A stretch of DNA of 32,000 bases from Methanosphaera stadtmanae DSM 3091 (GTDB taxonomy: Archaea > Methanobacteriota > Methanobacteria > Methanobacteriales > Methanobacteriaceae): contig NC_007681.1 of the NCBI RefSeq assembly GCF_000012545.1, forward strand, positions 1,050,001 to 1,082,000. Direction: 5' to 3'. This document shows, in pieces, positions 1-8,294 of the stretch. Every line of letters starts with the position of its first letter. Within the stretch, counting starts at the first letter, position 1. The notes beneath the pieces are model-generated. The model was given only the letters and a program-made list of their open reading frames with translations, ran no database searches and was not told where the DNA came from. The translations under genes and the position numbers were made by a program.

Positions 1-48
1 TTTTATAAATACTACAGAAAAAAAGATATGATAAATGTAGAAAAATAC

Positions 49-369
49 TTAATCTACATTTACTGTAAATACATCACTAAATAATTCAATAATAAGTTCA
101 AGTTGTTCATCAGTAAAGCTTATGATTGTAACATCATCATTTTCCTTAACAAAATATTCAGCATTTACAATAGATCCATCATCATTCATATAAATATATA
201 TTCCATCATTTATACCATTTTCAGAACCATCTAATGTTATTACAAATTTTATTAACATATCTACTGATTTAACATTTTCAAAACCATAATCTGGATTTGT
301 TCTTTTATCTTGAAGAGCATTATTTAGCTCAACCATTCTTCTTCCTAATCTATCAACGTTACTTTCCAT
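49..369 (-). CDS. hypothetical small acidic protein (106 aa)
   Basis: Uninterrupted ORF with a TAA stop, divergent from the flippase gene. I recognise no family motif. Confidence 0.45.
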   Translation of the reverse strand: MESNVDRLGRRMVELNNALQDKRTNPDYGFENVKSVDMLIKFVITLDGSENGINDGIYIYMNDDGSIVNAEYFVKENDDVTIISFTDEQLELIIELFSDVFTVNVD

Positions 370-554
370 ATAATTCCCCTTTTTTTTAATACTCGAAAAA
401 CAACTATTTATTAGTTTCTTTCTTATACTACTTATTTATTATGATATATTCATATATTATGTTTAATATACTTTAATACTATATTCTAATTAATAAGTAT
501 ATTATAAAAATCTATTGAAAATTATTATAATAAAATATAATATGCTCTAAGACT

Positions 555-562
555 AAGGAGGT
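555..562 (+). promoter_or_regulatory. Shine-Dalgarno-like site AAGGAGGT, 6 nt upstream of the TTG start at 569
   Basis: The read sequence is gactAAGGAGGTagatacTTG. It is complementary to the conserved 3' end of archaeal 16S rRNA. Confidence 0.55.
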
Positions 563-568
563 AGATAC

Positions 569-2119
569 TTGACTGATAAAAAATCCAAACTAGCCTCAGG
601 TAGTATTATTATTCTACTTGGTTCCATAATTCTCAGATTAGGCGGATTTATTTATAGATTTATTTTAAGTAGACTTTTAACTACAACAGGATATGGTATA
701 GTAGGATTAACATTACCATTTCAAAATATTTTTATTATAGGAGCATCAGGAGGAGTACCTCCAGCAATAGCAAAATATGTGTCAGAATATAAGGCAGTTG
801 ATGATAAGAAGATGGTTCATCAAATCATTATAACTGGTTTGAAATTAATGATATTCATGGCACTACTAGCAGCAGTTATAATGTTTTTAATATCAGAACC
901 TATAGCAATAGGAATATGGCACAAACCCGAAGCATTACTGCCATTACGATTAGTTGCACTAATAATACCATTTAGTATAATTGTAGGAGCACTAAGAGGA
1001 GTTTTCCAAGGATTTTATCAAATGACTTACATATTCTATAGTAAGTTTATTGAACAAATATTCACATTGATTTTTGCCATAATACTAGTACTTATTGGAT
1101 GGTATGCAGCAGGAGCAGTTCTTGGTACTGCAATAGGATTTTTAATGGCACTACTTGGATCATATTATCTTTTTAAAACTGATATGAAGAAAAACTATTT
1201 AAATGGAAACTATGAACCAATAACATTTAAGGAAGAACTTGGATTAATTCTTAAAATATTTAAATTCTCAATACCAGTTGTAATATCAGGTGTTGCAGAA
1301 ATATTTTTATATGATACTGGAACATTCTTCATTGGTATGTTTTTACCAACATTATTTGCAGGTTTCTATACAAATGCAAGTGCAATTGCAAGAATACCAC
1401 TTATAATATCAAATTCCATATCCACATCAGTACTTCCAGCAACTAGTGAAGCAAGTAGTCTAAAGAATAGGGAATTACTTAAATTATATATTCATCAATC
1501 ATACAGATACACAACACTAACAACACTACCAGTATCAGCATTCATAATGGTATTTGCAGCACCAATTATGTCAATACTATTTGGTAAAGAATATGTTCCT
1601 GGAGCTAGTGCTCTATGGATACTTGTTACTGGAATGTTTTTCTTCTCAATATATCTTATAGGAAGTAGTATGTGTCAAGGTCTTGGAAAACCACAAAAAC
1701 CAATGTATGCACTGATAATAGGAGCTATAGTGAATATGGTACTTAGCTTTATTTTAATACCACGTTATGGTATAGCTGGTGCAGCATTTGCAACAACAAT
1801 ATCAACATGTCTTCTTATGATAATAACAATGTATGATTTAACAAAGATTACTTCAATTCATGCACCATACTTAGACATGATAAAGATGTTTATTGCATCG
1901 TTTGTCATGATTGGTATGATGTATGTTGTACCACAAAATATTCTTGGTATGATAATTGGTGGAATAATTGGAAGTATATTGTACTTGGCCATAGTGGTCT
2001 TTACTAAGGCAATAAAAAGGGATGATGTTGTATTTATTGAACATATTGCAAATAAAACAGGTCCACTTAAAAAATACCTAGATCCAGTAGTTAGATTTAT
2101 CTACAACTACACAGACTAA
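569..2119 (+). CDS. MOP-superfamily polysaccharide / lipid-linked oligosaccharide flippase (Wzx/RfbX/MurJ-like)
   Basis: 516 aa, hydrophobic throughout with about 14 predicted TM segments. The N-terminus is typical of this family (SGSIIILLGSIILRLGGFIYRFILSRLL), and the C-terminal half carries IPRYGIAGAAFATTIS. TTG start with a strong SD. Confidence 0.8.
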   Translation: MTDKKSKLASGSIIILLGSIILRLGGFIYRFILSRLLTTTGYGIVGLTLPFQNIFIIGASGGVPPAIAKYVSEYKAVDDKKMVHQIIITGLKLMIFMALLAAVIMFLISEPIAIGIWHKPEALLPLRLVALIIPFSIIVGALRGVFQGFYQMTYIFYSKFIEQIFTLIFAIILVLIGWYAAGAVLGTAIGFLMALLGSYYLFKTDMKKNYLNGNYEPITFKEELGLILKIFKFSIPVVISGVAEIFLYDTGTFFIGMFLPTLFAGFYTNASAIARIPLIISNSISTSVLPATSEASSLKNRELLKLYIHQSYRYTTLTTLPVSAFIMVFAAPIMSILFGKEYVPGASALWILVTGMFFFSIYLIGSSMCQGLGKPQKPMYALIIGAIVNMVLSFILIPRYGIAGAAFATTISTCLLMIITMYDLTKITSIHAPYLDMIKMFIASFVMIGMMYVVPQNILGMIIGGIIGSILYLAIVVFTKAIKRDDVVFIEHIANKTGPLKKYLDPVVRFIYNYTD

Positions 2120-2136
2120 AATAAGTATCACCACCC

Positions 2137-2151
2137 TTTTTCTATTTTTTT
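2137..2151 (+). terminator. oligo-T tract (T5 then T7) downstream of the flippase stop
   Basis: The sequence cccTTTTTctaTTTTTTT lies 18-32 nt after the TAA. Archaeal RNA polymerase terminates at oligo-T runs. The AT-rich background lowers specificity. Confidence 0.35.
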
Positions 2152-2284
2152 AATGATAAAAATCTATTTCATTGTATAATAAATTAATTTAAAAATTGAA
2201 TCTGAATCTGAAAAATACAAGGAAAATAAGAATTATAATTAAACAGTATATAAAAATGATTATAAAAAACTAATTAAACATTAT

Positions 2285-2305
2285 AAAAAAAAGATTATAA
2301 AAAAA
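2285..2305 (-). terminator. oligo-T tracts (T8 and T7 on the minus strand) downstream of the acd stop
   Basis: A8 (2285-2292) and A7 (2299-2305) on the plus strand read as T-runs on the minus strand, 16-36 nt after the TAG at 2321-2323. Confidence 0.35.
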
Positions 2306-2320
2306 TAAAAGGATGAGAAT

Positions 2321-4423
2321 CTAGATTTTAATTTTAATATCTAGAGCACTACATCCATCTTCATATACAAACACTGGGTTTATATCTAACTCTAAAATTT
2401 CTGGGAAGTCAAGAGTTAATTTTGTTACACGTTTTACAGTGTCTTTAACAGCTTCAATATCACTTGGATTTTCTCCACGATATCCTTTAAGTAATTTACT
2501 TATTTTTGTACTGTCAATTTGATCATCAATTACTTCATCACTAATTCCAGAACCTAATTTGAAACATACATCATTAATAAGATTTACATAGATTCCACCC
2601 ATACCAAATCCTATTATTGGACCAAATTGTGCATCACGAAGCATACCAATTAAGATTTCATGTCCTTTAGGCATCATTTTTTGTACTTCAACACCATCAG
2701 GTACTACATCAGGATGTGCTTCTTTTGCACTTGCCATGATTTGTTCAAATGTATCTTCAGCTTCTTGTTTAGAGTTAATATTTACTACTACTCCACCAAT
2801 ATCTGTTTTGTGTAAGATTTTATCTGAAGCTATTTTAAGTACTACAGGGTATTGCATTTCCTCTGCTGCTTGTCCTGCTTCTTCTTTTGTTGTTGCAAGT
2901 ATTATTGGTGCTGCAGAGATTCCATATGCTTTTGCAACTTGGTATGCTTCACTACCAAGAAGTGCATCTCTACCTTTTTGTTTAGCTTCTTCAATGATTC
3001 TTGCAGCTTCTTCTTTATCAGTATCTTGTACTTTATCAATACATGATTCTTGATCTTCTGATTGAATTGTATGATATCTTTCTAATGCTTTAAGTACATT
3101 TACTGCTGTTTCTGGGAATACACATACTGGAATATTATTTTCTCTTAGTAATATATTTTCTTCATTAAATGTAGGTCCACCCATATTTACAACAAGTATT
3201 GGTATGTCTGTTTTTCCTTTAGCTTCCACTATTGCATTTCCCACACCTTCTGAGTCATATGATGCTGTTGGACATGCCATAATAATAATACTATCTATAT
3301 CATCTTCTTCTAATAAGATATCTAATGTTGCTTTATATCTATCTGCAGGAGCATCACCCAATACATCAATAGGGTTTTCTACACTTCCTTCATCTGGAAT
3401 AACAGCTCTAAGTTCAGATTTTGTTTGATCAGTTAAATCTACTAATTCAAGACCAATGTCTTCTATTTTATCTGCTGTTAATACTCCTCCACCACCAGCA
3501 TTTGTAATTACTGCTACTTTTTTACCTGTTGGTAATGATGATTTAGAGAATGCTAAACCATAATCAAATAAATCATTCATTGAACGTGCTCTCATTACAC
3601 CACAGTTTTCAAATGCTGCATCAAATGCTGAATCATTACCTGCAAGTGCTCCTGTGTGTGAAGATACTGCTTTTGCTCCAGCTTGACTTGATCCTGCTTT
3701 AAGAATTACTACTGGTTTTATTTTTGTTACTCTTCTCATTACTTCAAGGAATCTTTCACCGTCACTAATTCCTTCTAAGTAACATAATATAACTTTTGTT
3801 TGATCATCAGTAGCTAAGTATTCTATTAAATCTATTTCTGATACATCTACTTTATTTCCTAAACTCACTACTTTACTGAAACCTATACCTTCTGAAACAC
3901 TCCAATCAAGAATAGCCACAGTCATAGCTCCACTTTGGGATACAAATGCTATGTTTCCTTTTTTAGGTGAGAGTTGTGCAAATGATGCATTCATTGGTGT
4001 GTTTGTATCAAGACTTCCTAAACAGTTTGGACCTTGAATATTCATGTCGTATTTTTTAGCAATTTCTGCCATTTCATCTTCAAGTTTTGCTCCTTCTCCA
4101 CCAACTTCTTTGAAACCTGCTGTTATAACAATAATATTTTTTATACCTTTTTGACCACATTCTTCTAATGTTTGGTTTATAAATCTTGCAGGTATTGATA
4201 TTACTGCTAAATCAATGTTATCATCATCAATTTCACTTACTGTTTTATATGCAGGTAATCCTAATAATTTACCATCAGTTTTTGTATTTACTGGATAAAT
4301 ATTACCTCCATATCCACATTCTATGAGATTGGTAGTTATAATATAACCTACTTTTCCTTCTTGACTTGATGCGCCTATAACGGCTATAGATTTTGGATTA
4401 AATAACCCAGTGAGATCTTTCAT
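2321..4423 (-). CDS. acd: ADP-forming acetyl-CoA synthetase (acetate--CoA ligase, NDP-forming, fused alpha-beta)
   Basis: 700 aa. The N-terminus is the CoA-binding Rossmann type (FNPKSIAVIGASSQEGKVGY). It has a succinyl-CoA-synthetase-like phosphohistidine loop region (SSHTGALAGND) and a C-terminal ATP-grasp half (YPVVLKIASDKILHKTDIGGV). Confidence 0.85.
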   Translation of the reverse strand: MKDLTGLFNPKSIAVIGASSQEGKVGYIITTNLIECGYGGNIYPVNTKTDGKLLGLPAYKTVSEIDDDNIDLAVISIPARFINQTLEECGQKGIKNIIVITAGFKEVGGEGAKLEDEMAEIAKKYDMNIQGPNCLGSLDTNTPMNASFAQLSPKKGNIAFVSQSGAMTVAILDWSVSEGIGFSKVVSLGNKVDVSEIDLIEYLATDDQTKVILCYLEGISDGERFLEVMRRVTKIKPVVILKAGSSQAGAKAVSSHTGALAGNDSAFDAAFENCGVMRARSMNDLFDYGLAFSKSSLPTGKKVAVITNAGGGGVLTADKIEDIGLELVDLTDQTKSELRAVIPDEGSVENPIDVLGDAPADRYKATLDILLEEDDIDSIIIMACPTASYDSEGVGNAIVEAKGKTDIPILVVNMGGPTFNEENILLRENNIPVCVFPETAVNVLKALERYHTIQSEDQESCIDKVQDTDKEEAARIIEEAKQKGRDALLGSEAYQVAKAYGISAAPIILATTKEEAGQAAEEMQYPVVLKIASDKILHKTDIGGVVVNINSKQEAEDTFEQIMASAKEAHPDVVPDGVEVQKMMPKGHEILIGMLRDAQFGPIIGFGMGGIYVNLINDVCFKLGSGISDEVIDDQIDSTKISKLLKGYRGENPSDIEAVKDTVKRVTKLTLDFPEILELDINPVFVYEDGCSALDIKIKI

Positions 4424-4653
4424 AATAATTACTCCACTAGTTGTCTTATTTTTTTATATAAAAAAATTGAATATGAAATTTAGGTAAGTTTTAAAAAGTA
4501 TACTTAATCCCTTTTTTCATTTCTTTTAAAAAAATATATTCTAAATGAATAATCATGATAAATTATTCTTTTTAAAGTATAATAGTATATCTATTTTTAT
4601 AAGTATATATACTTACATCTTTTATATGAAGCCTTCATCATATATTAATATTA

Positions 4654-6807
4654 TCATAGAATCATAGATAGGCTTATTCTACTACGTTCTATATCAACAC
4701 TTAAAACTCTTACTTCAACAATATCCCCCACATTTACAATATCCATTGGATGTCTTACAAACTTATCTTCAATAAGTTCTGATATATGAACAAGACCATC
4801 TTGATGTACTCCAATATCAACAAATGCTCCAAAATCTACAACATTACGAACAACACCCTCTAAAATCATACCTTCTTCTAAATCCTCAATATCTATCACG
4901 TCACTACGTAGTTGTGGTGCATCTAATTTTTCACGAGGATCACGTCCTGGTTTTCTAAGTTCATCAATAATGTCCCTTAATGTCCATTCTCCAACATCTA
5001 ACTCATTAGCCATTTTCTCAATATCATCAACTTCAATATTCACTCCACCATTTCTTACATCATCTAAGTCATAGCCATAGATTGAAAGAAGTGCAAGTGT
5101 AGTATCATATGATTCAGGATGAACACATGTTGTATCTAACACATTCTTTGGTGAGTATATTCTCATAAATCCAGCACATTGTTCAAATGTTTTAGCACCA
5201 ATACCTGGTACTTTTAATAGTTGATTTCTATCAACAAATAAACCATGTGTTTGTCTATATTCCACTATATTCTTAGCAATTTTACTAGATACTCCTGCAA
5301 CATGTTCCATAAGTGTTGCTGATGCAGTATTTAGGTCAACTCCAACGTTGTTTACACTTCTTTCAACAATACCTTCAAGTGATTCATCAAGTTTTTTAGC
5401 ATTCATATCATGCTGGTATTGTCCCACACCAATGGATTTTGGATCGATTTTTACAAGTTCTGCTAGTGGATCTTGTAATCTTCTTGCAATTGATATTGCA
5501 CCACGTTCTGTTACATCATAATCTGGAAATTCTTCCCTTGCAAGATTACTTGCTGAATATACTGATGCACCAGATTCATTAACTATCACGTATTTAACCT
5601 GTGTATCTTTTATAATATCGGCAATTATCTTCTCAGATTCACGTGAAGCAGTACCATTACCTAGTGCTATTAAATCAACGTTGTATTTATCTATTAATTT
5701 TAAAACAACATCTTTTGTTTCAGTTATTTTATTTTGTGGTTGGGTTGGATATACAACAGAGGTGTCTAATACTTTTCCATATTCATCTATTACTGCTAGT
5801 TTACAACCTGTTCTGAATGCTGGATCCCATCCTAGTACTACTTTATTTCTTATTGGTGGTTGCATCAATAGTTGTTCTAAATTTTTCTTAAATACTTTTA
5901 TTGATTTATCCTCTGCAACATCAGTTAGTATTGTTCTTATTTCTCTTTCTATTGCTGGTGCTATTAATCGTTTATATGAATCTTTTATTGCTTTTTTAAT
6001 GAATTCTGTTGTGTATTTATTATATTCCATTGCCTCTGGTGTTTTTGAATAATTTATTAATACTTCATCCTCTAGGAAGTATTGAATATTCTTTAGTGGT
6101 GCTTCTAATTTAACTTTTAATATGTTTTCATTCTCACCCCTATTTATTGCTAAGATTCTATGTTGTGGTATGTCTGAGATATTCTCAGAATAATCATAGT
6201 ACATTTCATATTCTGATGATTCCTCTTTATTTTTTGATTCAACTATAACTTTTCCTTTTTTAATACTAATATCCCTTATAAATCTTCTAAATGATGCTTT
6301 ATCCGATATAATATCGGCTATAATATCGTTTGCCCCTTGTTTTGCATCTTCTATTGTTGGTACTTCATCTGTTATGTATTTTTGAGCTTCAGTGTCAATA
6401 GAACAATCCATTTTCTGATCATATATTGTTAGAGCTAATTTCTCCAAACCTTTTTCTCTTGCCTTTGCTGCACGTGTAGTTTTCTTTTGTTTATATGGCC
6501 TATATAAATCCTCTAATTCAACAAGTGTTTCTACATCATTTATTTCATTTTCCAAATCAAGAGTTAATTTTCCCTGTTTTTCAATACTATTAAGAATATG
6601 TCTCTTACGTTCATTAAGTTTTTGAAGATATGTTAATCTTTCATTTAATTTACGTAGAATTTCATCATCTAATCCTCCTGTTGCTTCTTTTCTATATCTT
6701 GCAATGAAAGGTATGGTATTATCTTCATTAATAAGACTTATTGCAGCATTTGCTTGCCATGGTTTAATATTTAATTCATTTGCTATTACTTGTTCTATAT
6801 CAATCAT
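4654..6807 (-). CDS. tex: Tex-like transcription accessory protein (Tex N-domain, YqgF/RuvC-like, HhH, C-terminal S1)
   Basis: 717 aa. It carries the hallmark N-terminal TIPFIARYRKEATGGLDDE, a YqgF-like segment (VLGWDPAFRTGCKLAVIDEYGKV) and a C-terminal S1 domain (GMILEGVVRNVVDFGAFVDIGVHQDGLVHISEL). Confidence 0.9.
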   Translation of the reverse strand: MIDIEQVIANELNIKPWQANAAISLINEDNTIPFIARYRKEATGGLDDEILRKLNERLTYLQKLNERKRHILNSIEKQGKLTLDLENEINDVETLVELEDLYRPYKQKKTTRAAKAREKGLEKLALTIYDQKMDCSIDTEAQKYITDEVPTIEDAKQGANDIIADIISDKASFRRFIRDISIKKGKVIVESKNKEESSEYEMYYDYSENISDIPQHRILAINRGENENILKVKLEAPLKNIQYFLEDEVLINYSKTPEAMEYNKYTTEFIKKAIKDSYKRLIAPAIEREIRTILTDVAEDKSIKVFKKNLEQLLMQPPIRNKVVLGWDPAFRTGCKLAVIDEYGKVLDTSVVYPTQPQNKITETKDVVLKLIDKYNVDLIALGNGTASRESEKIIADIIKDTQVKYVIVNESGASVYSASNLAREEFPDYDVTERGAISIARRLQDPLAELVKIDPKSIGVGQYQHDMNAKKLDESLEGIVERSVNNVGVDLNTASATLMEHVAGVSSKIAKNIVEYRQTHGLFVDRNQLLKVPGIGAKTFEQCAGFMRIYSPKNVLDTTCVHPESYDTTLALLSIYGYDLDDVRNGGVNIEVDDIEKMANELDVGEWTLRDIIDELRKPGRDPREKLDAPQLRSDVIDIEDLEEGMILEGVVRNVVDFGAFVDIGVHQDGLVHISELIEDKFVRHPMDIVNVGDIVEVRVLSVDIERSRISLSMIL

Positions 6808-6965
6808 TGTTTCAATCCTTATTATTAAATAAAATGTATGTTTTCATAAATGTTTTAAAAAGAAAGTGTTGTTACTAATTATGATTTTTCTAAATACATA
6901 CTCTATCAAATAGCCACTTAATTTGAATTTCTCATATATAATTATATCTAGGAAATATTATAAAT

Positions 6966-8180
6966 CTATTCCAAGTTACTAAAAAAAGTATTAAAAAGAT
7001 GGGGAGAAGTATAGTTTTCAGTACTATTTAATGAAAAACTTAACTCTCCTGTACCATCATCTGTAATTTTCATTTGTGGACATTGTGGATTTAATTGCTC
7101 AAGTAATGACCTACCATCACTACTAGACATGAAATGTGGCAGATATCCATTTATATCAACAGGATATACTACTGATGTAACATTATCTCCAGTAATTTGG
7201 AAGTTTACAAAGTATGCCCTATGTGTTGCAGTGTTACTTTGATCAAATATGAAATTACCAAGATTATAGAAGATTGGTTTTCCATTATACATTTCAATAC
7301 CCTCAGTTACGTGGGTATGGGATCCTACAACTGTATCTGCACCTGCATCTATTGCTTTATGGGATATTTTTTCTTGCATTTGATTAGGACTTCTACTATA
7401 TTCATTACCATAATGCATATATACTATTATAAAGTCAGAACCATTTTCTTTTGCAGCACTTATCTGTTTTGCTGATTCAACATCATCCCATGCAGAATAA
7501 CCAGGACTTGAATCTCCAGCTACTGGCATTACATCACTACTATATTCCTTAAAATTATCACTATCCATATAATTGAATATTGTAACTTTATGTCCATTTT
7601 TTTCAATAACTGCAGGTTGAGTTGCTTCTTGTTTATTTTCTCCTGCTCCAATATGTATTATTCCTGCATTATTAAGATTTTTAATAGAATCTCTCATACC
7701 TTCTATACCATAATCAAAAACATGATTATTAGCATTTGCAGATACTACAGTGTAGTTAGTACCATTGACTAAACTAACATATTCAGGATCTGCTTTAAGT
7801 GGTACATCTGGTTTTAGAGCATTTCCACTGTTTGTAAATGGATTTTCAGTATTTACTAGTAGAATATCAGACTGTCCTGTTATGTTACTAACATATCTAT
7901 ATGGACTTTCACCACTTGAGAGAACACTAGGCATTTTACGTCCAAACATCACATCCCCTGTTACAGTTATGGATAAATTACCCTTATCTACATTCTTACT
8001 TCCAATATTTAATGAGTTATTTGATGTAAAAGGATTATGTACCATTAAAAGTCCACATAAAATTAGAAATAATACTACAAGAATTATTAATCTCTTTTTT
8101 AGGGAAATTTTTGACAATGAGTGTAGTATTCCATTATTAGATACTGTGGATTTATTAGTTTTCTTATTTGAGTTACTCAT
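6966..8180 (-). CDS. membrane-anchored CapA/PGA_cap-family metallophosphoesterase-like protein
   Basis: 404 aa with an N-terminal TM (LIILVVLFLILCGLLMV). CapA-type motifs are present: TVTGDVMFGR, ANNHVFDYG, VYMHYGNEY and GADTVVGSHTHV. Confidence 0.75.
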   Translation of the reverse strand: MSNSNKKTNKSTVSNNGILHSLSKISLKKRLIILVVLFLILCGLLMVHNPFTSNNSLNIGSKNVDKGNLSITVTGDVMFGRKMPSVLSSGESPYRYVSNITGQSDILLVNTENPFTNSGNALKPDVPLKADPEYVSLVNGTNYTVVSANANNHVFDYGIEGMRDSIKNLNNAGIIHIGAGENKQEATQPAVIEKNGHKVTIFNYMDSDNFKEYSSDVMPVAGDSSPGYSAWDDVESAKQISAAKENGSDFIIVYMHYGNEYSRSPNQMQEKISHKAIDAGADTVVGSHTHVTEGIEMYNGKPIFYNLGNFIFDQSNTATHRAYFVNFQITGDNVTSVVYPVDINGYLPHFMSSSDGRSLLEQLNPQCPQMKITDDGTGELSFSLNSTENYTSPHLFNTFFSNLE

Positions 8181-8294
8181 ATATTTTCACTAGATTATAT
8201 TTATGTGAAAAATAGCATTATAATATTTACTACTAGAGTAAATCTATGTTAAAATAAATAATTTCTAATTAAAAAAAAAATAAAAGGAGAATAA

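Noticed and set aside
2258-2306. Three direct copies of (G)ATTATAAAAAA at about 2258, 2280 and 2294, considered as possible regulatory iterons
   Set aside because: They lie in the convergent 3' region of two genes. On the minus strand they read as oligo-T tracts directly after the acd stop. That is more simply explained as termination signals or low-complexity AT-rich DNA.
2736-3428. Short plus-strand ORFs (2736..3053, 2852..3046, 3204..3428) inside the acd gene. Analogous shadow ORFs lie inside tex (5681..6052), the CapA-like gene (7197..8193), gltX (12000..12722), the MFS gene (15534..15863, 16482..16751), the helicase region (21303..24205, 24707..24982), the FUSC-like gene (26266..27538), and at 16997..17191 and 18623..18856
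   Set aside because: All are antisense to longer ORFs with clear family signatures. All have Cys/Phe/Ser/Leu-rich compositions typical of non-coding frames in AT-rich DNA.
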